64,000 nt of DNA from Mizuhopecten yessoensis (Eukaryota), in assembly GCF_002113885.1 (NCBI RefSeq), contig NW_018406762.1:1328834-1392833 (forward strand), in the 5' to 3' direction. The position numbers were made by a program, and so were the translations under genes. The notes beneath the pieces were generated by a model. The model searched no databases and was not told where the DNA came from. It saw only the letters and a list, made by a program, of their open reading frames with translations. This document shows, in pieces, positions 52,510 to 63,056 of the stretch. Each line of letters begins with the position of its first letter. The stretch's first letter is position 1.

Positions 52510-53025
52510 CACACTCTTAAATATTGATTAAGTGTTTATCTGTCTGAATCTTTCTCTCTACCTCTTCTCTCTTACTATCCTTTTCATGTGCGCATATGAT
52601 TTATTACATTGCGCAAAAATGTTTTAAACAAATATTTCATCATTGTACAAATTGTAATAACATATGTTAACTTTATGGTACTCGATCTTTACGTTAAGAG
52701 ATGACATGAAATATTTCTAAATAAATCCTTATAAACTAAGTAAATAATAACAAGAAATAAGCACACAAATTAATAAAACGAAACCCTCAGTGCAGTTCAC
52801 TAGTTAATTCGCTGATCAGTGACATTGCCGGTTCAAAAACCTTATTACTTTAAAATGTTTTTCAGATGTCATTAACACCAGTTGATCAATTGTTCGAATG
52901 TCTCCACAAAATGAATCGATATTTGAGGGAATTATTTAGACATTGATGAATTGTTTGTGATGATATTTACGTCATGTAGTATTTTACCACGAGGTCAAGT
53001 GATCATCATGTACTCGTTCCTCATG

Positions 53026-54652
53026 TTACAGTCTCATGACGTGTACGGTACCGTAGCCACCCCCGATCCACACGTTCCCACACGTGTCCACACCCAGCGC
53101 CATAGGTCCGATCTCTCCATGTTTCTGATCCAGGAGACACGTGGCCTGTGTACTATCTCTCGGTAGGACGTACACCTGGTTGTTAATGTAGTCTGGTACA
53201 AACAGTCTATCGTACTTGTCACATGACATCTTACAGAGGTTCCTACTACCAACCTTTTGACCGTCGTTGAGTTCACCAGTCCATTTATATTTTGTTGTAC
53301 CAGATCTGTTGGTTATGATCGATACATTTATATAGTCCGACACTGCAATGTCTCCTGACGACAAACATGTTATAAACACAACGGGACCCATTCCACACGT
53401 CACCTTCCTCACAATCGTACCTGACTGATTCAGTACCTATATGTCTGGTGTACCTGTACTAGCAAACACCTCGTCCCTCTCGTTGATACTGATGTCGTAT
53501 GCGTTATGTGGTCTGATGTCAGCAAATGTTGTCACTTGTTTGTTGTGTAGTGATATTTTATATACAAATGTACTATGTGGATTACTGCTCATAAGTATGT
53601 CTGTTGTCCCGACCATGTTGATTCTGTACGGACAGAAGTCCAGTTTTACTGTATCTATGACCACACCCTCCCTGTTTACCATTACCAGACCCTGGTATTG
53701 GTCTATTGATAACCACGCGTGGCTGTCGCCGACGGGACATATACTCAATATTTGACTTTGCTGAGTAACAGTAAACTGAGAGAGACGTTGAACGTGTTTA
53801 CTGTCGATGTCTGTCTTCCGGTACTGGTTCTCGTGGTGTAATTCACCGAACATTTCCTTCAACAGGACGCGGTCGATACTTCCGGTAACAAAGCTTGGTT
53901 GTTTTGGTGAAACATGTTTCATCTTAACGTCATACAGGAGCAGAGTTTTCCTCAATGACTTTTCCGTTTCAAATATGGATACACTAGGTGTATCCGTCAG
54001 TTCCGCCTTTTCAAACAGACGCGTCAACTCTTTTTTTTCTCATTTTTCTCCAATCGCTGAATATCTTTCTTGTGCAGCATCGATTCTTCTTTTTCTAAAG
54101 ATGATAACTCGGACAGGACTGCATCCGCGATAGAATCTACTTCTGCCTTTAACTTAGTCCTTTGTGAGTTCACCTCTTGCCTCGTTGTATCAATGTTGGC
54201 TTTGAACGTTTTGTTCACGCAATGTCGCTCTGACGTCTCTTTCTTAAAATTTGCTATTTTATCAGCTATCGTTGTCATATGTTCCTTAAAATGTTCCTTT
54301 TTGCAAACAGTTCGTCTTCAAAAAGTTTCCAGTTGTGTTGTTTATGATTTTTAGATAAACATATCGAACAAATCAACTGGTTGCAGTCCGAGCAGAACAT
54401 ATCACACAGTTTACCGGGATGTAGTTTACATACCTCTGGTACAGGCTTGTCGCTCTGGCGGGTAGCCTTCCCTATCGCCACGACGTCATCGTTTTTAGTT
54501 TTCTTTCCGCGTTCATGGAATTCCTTACACCGGCCACATAAATTCTCCTGACAATCGTTACAGTACCATCTTACCCCGTCTTCACTGTCACACAAAGCAC
54601 ACGTGTAGGTAACGGGTTCCTGAGCACGCCGTACGGATCTGTTACTTGCCAT
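53026..54652 (-). pseudogene. TRIM-NHL copy 6, pseudogene with two frameshifts and a nonsense codon
   Basis: 1-bp deletion near 54303, net +5 bp near 54031-54040, TAG at 53437-53439, plus an in-frame +3; span 1627 = 1620-1+5+3. Confidence 0.9.
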
Positions 54653-54737
54653 GATGTTGGTACTTTAGTGAGTTTGAAGGAATACTTTGCCTACAAACTG
54701 TGAACTGCCACCATTTTGTTGTTATGTTGGTACAACT

Positions 54738-54778
54738 TTATCTATACACCTCCTTGTTACGGTCATATCACGTGACTT
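54738..54778 (-). promoter_or_regulatory. Core promoter module of copy 6 with mutated ETS-like site
   Basis: CACCTCCT replaces CACTTCCT; TCACGTGAC is retained at 54768-54776. Confidence 0.45.
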
Positions 54779-54870
54779 TACCGACAGACAGTATAAAGAC
54801 CCGGACTCCTGGCGCTAGGCCAAAAATAATCTAACTCAATGGCAGATCTTTCTATCATACGTAATCATCA

Positions 54871-56710
54871 AATGACTGCTAAAGTTTCTGCTCGCAATAA
54901 GAATCGCTATGACAGGTCAGTCCGTGAGACAAAACTAGAAATAGGGGACCGTGTCCTAGTAAGGAAGGTCGGTCTGAAGGGGAAGAACAAGTTGGCGGAT
55001 AAGTGGGAACAGGAACCCTATCTGGTTATTAATATGCCCAATAGTGATATTCCTGTATATGAAGTGCAACAGGAAACGGGAAAGGGACGTAAACGGACCT
55101 TACACCGGAATATGTTGATATACTTCAATTCTATACCCCTAGAAGTCCCCACTATGGAGCCTCGCTGTAAAGTGAAGTCATCCAAGCCAATCCCTTCTGC
55201 TCACGGTGATCACTCATCAGGGTCATCGGACTCCTCAGAGTCCGATACTGATGATGAGCCTGTAAAGCTCCTGCGAAGTTCCAGGAAAAGACCTTTGAGA
55301 AATACCCCGGATAATTTCATCACTACTGCTCTGGAGCCAGTGTCTGCCATAGCTATTGAAGCTACACCCCATGAGGCAACAGTGGTGGAACCTGAATTTT
55401 TAAACTCAGAAAATGTGAGTAATGTCAGGGACCAAACAAGCCAAACCGTAGGTGATTATGAGGGTAACTCCCACAGGGAACCACCACAAGGGCCACCCAT
55501 TTTACGACAATCCACACGGACGTGTAAACAACCAGATCGGTATGGTCAGTGGGTATTCTCTCAACAGGTTGGGCAAACGAGATCTGGTGAAATTTTTGTA
55601 TGAATTATAAAATGTTAACACCGAATGTGATAGTTTTTATCCAGATTTTACTCAGTTGTCATTTTACATAATTATGTTTGCATGTTGCAAATGGCTCTGC
55701 ATTTACAATCTCCTGGAGTAGGTAGGGGGTCCCCCAACCACTTTGGCTGTGTCACAGTTAGGAGTTTGCTATATATATTTGCCATGGTTTTATCGCTCTA
55801 CGATACTATTTTATTAATAGTGGTTATCCCTGATAATGACCATATCTTTTGACTTTGAGCCTTTCCTGTGGTAAGCTTAGGGATGGTGAGTAAAGCTGTA
55901 GATGGAATTGTTGAATAATTATTCCCTTATGGATAAACTCAACCAGCTTGCAGAATTGGAACTCCTCCATAAATCTCCTTGTCTTTTGTGAAAAATGGCA
56001 AGTAATTATATTTCATATATAAAGAGTGCCTAGTATAGGTACCAGTAGAGTATATGCACACCTATAACTTCATTGTTACTAGTGCAATGTTGTAATTGGA
56101 ATACACTTGTATAATCATACGTATAAGGTATAGTATGTTATTGTGTAAATCTTATGGTGTAACCAGTTCAATTAATTTAAAAGACTGGGTACATCTTGGG
56201 AATGTCAGGTGTCATTCATCAAAGTGGGGAAGTATGTAACAGGGTGTACTCATTGCACTAAGTCACACAGTGTCCACGTGTTGTCTATCCCGTACTCGTG
56301 TCATAACCTGAACGTGGAGTGTTGTGAGAGAGTGATCTGCACGAGTATTTACATACTCACGCCACCCCGTGTGTCCTATATGTACGCGCACGTCACCACC
56401 CTGATTCACTTCACACTATGCTGCCGAGCAGGACGGACAGTGTATATCCTTCCCAGGTCCCTGGTAAGTCTCATAATATATTTTACTCATAGTGTTTATT
56501 CATGTAATGATATAACAATACCTGTGATAATATATATGTAGTCATGTCCATCGTATTCGTAAAGTGAAAGTAACTGTATATGTATATTGTAACTGAGTCT
56601 TAGTTTCGTATCTTTTTGTTAATAGGTTTCTTTGGAGAGAATAAATACAAGATACCTTGAAAAGTCGTTAAAGTTGTTCTTACCCAGCCTTTGAGGCTAA
56701 GAGGGTTACA
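54871..56710 (+). mobile_element. 5'-truncated Ty3/Gypsy LTR retrotransposon (integrase C-terminus, 3' UTR, PPT, 3' LTR)
   Basis: RNKNRYDRSVRETKLEIGDRVLVRKVGLKGKNKLADKWEQEPYLV...YEVQ...RTLHRNML matches the Gypsy integrase C-terminal GPY/F-type module; host sequence on both sides is contiguous in paralogs. Confidence 0.9.
56235..56710 (+). mobile_element. 3' LTR of the Gypsy fragment (476 bp)
   Basis: Preceded by polypurine tract AAAGTGGGGAAGTA; termini TGTAAC...GTTACA; AATAAA near 56640. Confidence 0.85.
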
Positions 56711-57207
56711 TGTGTGTATAGGACATACTTTGTACATGTGTGTTATCTTGCACATTTATGTTGTGATTTGTACTTGAGTTGTGTCCCTTCGACCAAACAT
56801 TAGAACTATCGAAACAGAATGTTAAGTGTAGAATATGTGATGAAGTATAATATTTGCCTGTTATTGTCCATTACTGTGTTTGATACCAGACAGGTTACAT
56901 AAATAGATATAAGCATCAGGAGGAAACATCTACAACTTAATTCAGTCTTAGGAGGACGAAGAAGCTGTATGATGCACTGTAATATTCTTTTCGCATACTT
57001 TATTTATTACTTAATTTTAAAGGTGCATCACATTTATTTGTGTCGTGTCATCCCTTTACCAAATACATGTACATTAGATATATCAAGTTGGTCGCCGCCA
57101 AAACCAGCCCGGTAATGATGCAGTAATGTCACAAAATTCCCGTTAGCGGCATTTGACGTAACATACACAGTTTATGCACAGGGGTTCGTCACAGATGTCT
57201 AAAATTT

Positions 57208-57560
57208 ACAATGTAGCTTATGTGAATTACAGACATTTGTGACAAATCTCTGTATGCTGTGACCCATAGCAGTGTAGCCTATATGAATATCAGACTTATG
57301 TAACGACCCTTGTATGCTGTGACCCATAGCAGTGTAGACTATGTGAATTACAGACATTTGTAAAGAAACCCTGTTACTCTGACCAATAGCAGTGTAGCCT
57401 ATGTGGATTTCAGACATATCTAAATAACCGTTGTATGCTGAGAGCGATAGCAGTGTAGCCTATGTGAATTACATACATACGTAACGAACCCCGGTATGAT
57501 GTGACCCATATCGGTGTAGTCTATGTGAACTACAGACACATGTAACGAACCTTTGTACTC
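57208..57560. repeat. 61-bp tandem array, about 6 units
   Basis: Same unit as 15095-17905. Confidence 0.9.
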
Positions 57561-58713
57561 AATACAATGGTACAGATGCTTGTTTATTTTTTTACTATCT
57601 GCCCCACTTTTCATTAAAGACCCATGATATTACACGGTTGTGATGAATTATGTCCATCTTCTAAGTCTCCTGAAAGTTAAAATACTATTGCATTATTATA
57701 TATCCTATATACCCCTGTTTGTAACAAAATCATACATCTATATATATAGTCAATGGAAATACAAATAACATCTCTGGTTTGTTGAGTTTGTTAGATGTCA
57801 GTTTAATGTATCATGTTGTTAATAGCACAACAACATGTACTCATTTGTTTTGAAACAAAAAACAAAGAAATGTGTTTCCTTATCTTGATATTTGTTTATG
57901 CATATGATACTTTTTGGCATATTTGCCCTCAATTGTTTGATTGAGACAAACAAATTATACTGATGTCTTTTGCAAATGTGAAATGTATGTGTTTGTGGAT
58001 ATTTCAGAGATAAACAAAACTTAATCAAAATGACTATTCGTGATTTCCAACTTCAAATGTTCAGGGAATATTATGCTATGGCAATATATTTATATAATTT
58101 AGCTCACCCACTCAACCTAGCACACCCATGCCCTTCCCCAAACCCCTAAAATAGAGAATCGTTACTTTAAAGTTAACACTACAGTGTTTTGAATTGGACT
58201 CTAACTTTTAACCCTTGTTTAAACATGTGTTTATATAATGTTATGCAGTATATAATCATAAAAACATTCAAAGTCCTTGTGATGGTTAAATATAAAAAGC
58301 AAATACAAAGAGGTAAAAGGTGAAATCTAAAGAGGTGTAAATGCTAGGAAGGTACTAAGAAACTCTTTGTATTTCTTTTATATATATAATTTTGAGCCAT
58401 CGCGTTATTACAGTTACCTGCGACTCAATCCTATTTGAGTATTTATACTTTTTTGTCTATTTCGACACGTACTAGATATGAATCGACTTTAAAAAGAAAA
58501 CGTACTGCCTCGGTCGGAGAATCACACTCACAAAACATGGTGGTAGCTGTGGACGCTGAGTCTGTCAGAGATGACAGGGGACTACACATATGATCCTTTC
58601 CTCCAGGATGTCAGGAGCGGATAGTCAGGATACTGGATTGTTTCATAATAAAAAACTTCGTTCATATAAAATAAGTATAAAACAAGTTATTAAAACTCAT
58701 ATTTAACTCTTTT

Positions 58714-58875
58714 TTACCTGATGTTAGCGTGTGGGGGTTTCAATTTGGGAGGAAACTGGAGTACCTGGAAAAAAACCTACGCAGGTGAGTCAAAATCTTT
58801 CCACGTCCGATCGCGGAATCAAAACCGACCTCTTTGGTTAAAGAAGAAGAGTGTATTATCCACTGCACCGATGTT
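58714..58875 (-). mobile_element. tRNA-derived V-SINE
   Basis: Same element and position as in the other units. Confidence 0.65.
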
Positions 58876-58963
58876 TGCCTGATTTAAGGAGTTAGGGAGA
58901 ACGTCATACACAATTATGATATGTGAGTCATGGTATGCACACCAAGTCCTCTGTATCAAATTT

Positions 58964-59723
58964 GTAAATAGGAAGGATGTAATAGTCAGTAGTTACATAG
59001 TCCTAGCTATTAACGTTATTGGTATAGGTAAATAAGAAGGATGTAATAGTTAGTAGATACATAGCCCTAGCTATTAACGTTATTGGTATAGGTAAATAGT
59101 AAGGATGTAATAGTCAGTAGATACATAGTCCTAGCTATTAACGTTATTGGTATAGGTAAATAGGAAGGGTGTAATAGTTAGTAGTTACATAGCCCTAGTA
59201 AATAGGAAGGATGTAATAGTCAGTAGTTACATAGCCCTAGTAAATAGGAAGGATGTAATAGTCAGTAGCTACATAGCTCTAGTAAATAGGAAGGATGTAA
59301 TAGTCAGTAGCTACATAGCCCTAGTAAATAGGAAGGATGTAATAGTCAGTAGTTACATAGCCCTAGTAAATAGGAAGGATGTAATAGTCAGTAGTTACAT
59401 AGCCCTAGTAAATAGGAAGGATGTAATAGTCAGTACTTACATAGCCCTAGTAAATAGGAAGGATGTAATAGTCAGTAGTTGCATAGCCCTAGTAAATAGG
59501 AAGGATGTAATAGGGAGTAGTTACATAGCCGTACCTATTAACGTTATTGGTACAGATAAATAGGAAGGATGTAATAGTTAGTAGTTACATAGCCCTAGCT
59601 ATTAACGTTATTGGTATAGGTAAATAGGAAGGATGTAATAGTTAGTAGTTACATAGCCCTAGTAAATAGGAAGGATGTAATAGTTAGTAGTTACATAGCC
59701 CTAGCTATTAACGTTATTAGTAC
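58964..59723. repeat. Compound minisatellite of 64-bp and 42-bp units
   Basis: 42-bp core gtaaataggaaggatgtaatagtcagtagttacatagcccta with or without the 22-bp gctattaacgttattggtatag. Confidence 0.95.
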
Positions 59724-61488
59724 AAGGAACTTAATCACAAGAGAGACGAAACGAGAAAAAAGAGAAGAAAAAGGAAAATGTTAAAAAAATATCCATCCAT
59801 GGTCGTGTTAATCCCTACATAGGAACTCGCATGTACCAACTCAACATGGTACTACCAATTTAACCAATTTTTTTTTCTTCCATTTTTTTTTTGTATTTAG
59901 ATGGCGTCATTATTTTTTTAACTATTGCTAATACGTTATCAGTTTGTGTTTACTATTGTTATGACGTCACCAAATATCACTTACTTATCCTCAAGTTCAT
60001 CGTAATTATTCAGATCATTTAACGTTTCGGACGTGTTAAAGTCCGTCATCGAAATTTTGATAGTACACATCGTTCAACGAAAAATACCATTGTGACATCA
60101 CCTAAATGAGACGTCATATAATAGACAATACAATTAGAAAAGTAGCCCCTGCTTTGTTTCCCAATATCTCCTATTTCCAAATATCATAGTGTTGATAGAA
60201 ATATTGATTTTCACATGTTAAATTATTTTTCATTTTTCAACACTTTCACATACATTTTAATTTGGACACTTTTATGATCAAATCAAACTTCAGAACATGA
60301 CAAAAACGACCCTAAACAAATACAAATAAACTGTTACGACTTCCGTCGTGTTTCGTTGTTGACTTCCCTACATCAATGTTGAACCCCCAGGCCATATATC
60401 AGCGCCGCAGTACAACAGTGCTTAGTTTGAAGGTTATTTAAGTATTGAACTAGCACGCCTCACTGACATGACTACGAATGTCAACTGAAGGCCGTTCAAT
60501 ACTTACATGTAACATTTCAAAAGATATTTCAATCTCCAACCATTTATTTATCAAGATTCCACATTTAGTACAAATAGGCGTATTATCGGGTATGCTTGGG
60601 TACAGAGTACAGCAGCTGTCTTCAGAGAACATAAAGAAATGATTAGAAAGTTATAAATATTTCAAATTCACAGTGGTCTTTTCTAAAAATTCCTGATGAC
60701 GCAATTAAAGTTGAACCGTTATATGTGATTAAAGAAAATTTATTTTTTAAACATATAGGAAAACGTTAAAAATCTTAAGAGAAATGAAAAACAATAATGA
60801 AGAAAAATGATAGGTGTATTTCTTATAAGTTTGGGAAAATAAACTGCATGCACTACACAATCATGATAACTATGCGCTAACAACTTATAGATAGAACTGT
60901 AGTACACTAAACAATGATGTATTTCGAGATCGATTTTTTATACTTTATTACATGTTTCAACATCCCATATATATGTAATACTTTCACACACTTTATTTTT
61001 ACTCTTACCAACTTTCTATACGATAAATAAAGCCTTGTTTTCTAACATTTTCTCTTACATAGATACGTATTTGTAACATCTAGGTTTTAGAGAATCTGGT
61101 TTTCATACCTAAAACCATTTGGACATATTTGGTAACAAGAAGGTAGATTGTATTCTTGTTGCGAGTTCCGAATGTGTGAGAGTATATAGAACTATGTGAT
61201 AATGTTTCCACTTAAATTTGAGTGTCTTTTAAAATAAAAACAGACCGCTTTATACGATTATTAGGGCATGTTATTGTGTAGAATCAATATGTATATCACG
61301 ACGATATCTAATACAGCGTAGTGCATTTATGTATATACACCTGTAAATGGAATTTAACGCTTCAAATATTGATTTAAAATACGTCTGTCATTACCCGAAC
61401 AACTCTGGAATGAAAAAAAGGGGCGAAACAAAACACACACAAAAAAATTTCAGTCAAAATCAATACTTAATTCGTTGATCAGATTAAA

Positions 61489-62603
61489 AGACATTTCTCA
61501 TTTTGAGGCAGACCTACCACGGAGCCAGAGACGGGCACTGAAAGAAGTAAAATCAGGGAGCATCTCAAAATGATATTTCATTTCATCTGTATGAAGGATC
61601 CCTGTCCGCTTCTTGCTGGTTTTTTTCCAGATTTTCTTTTTAAAATCATGGTTTATACTGAAAACAAAGACTCGGTGCATGCTAGCATTGATCGCAGTAG
61701 TATAGAAATTCGAAAATTCACTCTCTGAAATGATCCCTATAACAGTCTTCTAAGAATAGCGTAAAATGATTATGCCCCCCCCCCCTATTATTTAAATATT
61801 TTAGTTGTGTTGCATGGAGAAAATTCCATGAAAGTTGTCGATTTAAAACTAAGTCGAAAATAGCAGAAAACTGCATAAATTTCTACTTTTCTTCTGTTGT
61901 TATTTTTCAGGAGAATAAACAAGAACATTTGTCAATACAGAAAACCACGCCTTTTACGCCATCTATTACTGTTGGGAAGAAACATTCATAAACGTTAACT
62001 TTGTCACGAAGGGATGCTAATAAACGTCCTTTTGTCAAACCACCTCTATACAAAAATGCAAAGGAATGAAGTGACGAAAATGTGTGGAACAAGTTCCTTC
62101 AGCTTAACGCTATTATAAAAAAGACACCGTGTAAGCGTTAAACATTTCTATCGTAATATGGAAATATCGTGTCCTCAGAAGTTTGTGGATGTAAATGTAA
62201 TCTGCAAATGTGATCCCTGTCACTCTGGTAAAAAACAATCTTCTTCCAACTGATTATTTTGGCTCGGGGAATATCTTTTAACTCAATCGGCGTCAGAAAA
62301 ATACAACAGACGTCCCGGGTGAGATCCTTAAAATAGATATTGAAATATCAATTACCACGGTCACATACAACTGTACCTGTCGCATTGAGCCACGAAAAAG
62401 ACTATAACTACTGTGGGTACCGGTTACATAATTTCTTACCTGTTCGCGTACCTGTAGTCACTCACATGTGTGTCTACACACTCTGACATACCCTATACGT
62501 TACGTTCCATATAAAATTATTTTTGAAATAACCCCTGTATTTTCTTGTCTGGGTCTCTGTCTCCACGCTCCGTGCTAGGTCTACTCCAAAATGAGAAAGG
62601 TCT
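61489..62603. mobile_element. 1.1-kb non-autonomous TIR DNA transposon (PIF/Harbinger-like, superfamily uncertain)
   Basis: Left AGACATTTCTCATTTTGAGGCAGACCTACCACGGAGC versus right reverse complement AGACCTTTCTCATTTTGGAGTAGACCTAGCACGGAGC; inserted at gatTAAtgatc, which is uninterrupted near 22310. Confidence 0.85.
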
Positions 62604-62786
62604 AATGATCTTTGTCGGTTAAACAATCTAATGACTTATGTCTGTCCGATTACCGAGGTCATATAACATCCTTACGTTCATAGTCTCTACAATTTGATTA
62701 AATTTGATATTTAAGGATGTTTTATATGTCACACATCGGTTAATCGTTGTGAACTTAGATATTGTTGTACCACGAGGTTCCTGATG

Positions 62787-63056
62787 TTACAGTTCCAAGA
62801 CCGGGACGGTACCGTCGCGACAATCGATCCACACGTGTCCACACCCACTCTTTTAGGGGTAACGGATCCATGTCTCTGGTAAAGGACATACACCCGATTG
62901 TTCCTCAGGTCTCGTACAAATACTCTGTCCTACTACGAACCTTTTGACAATGGTTGAGTACACCAGTCGATTTATATTTAGTTATACTTTAACTGTGTGC
63001 TATGATTGCTATATTATAACGTGCAGATTTTGCAACATCTTCCGACGACAAACATG
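62787..63056 (-). pseudogene. 3'-end remnant of TRIM-NHL gene (R4)
   Basis: Highly similar to R2 with the same upstream breakpoint (aaacatgcagcaaaatacaca). Confidence 0.8.

Noticed and set aside
5390-54354. Recurrent plus-strand ORFs antisense to the TRIM genes (MSGVxVLTNTSS, MSVFSYW)
   Set aside because: Shadow ORFs conserved only because the sense genes are paralogous; lengths vary and no independent signal exists.
1888-63056. Diversity-generating retroelement-like template/variable repeat system
   Set aside because: Remnants differ by indels and all substitution types, with no adenine-specific pattern apparent, and no intact reverse transcriptase is present.
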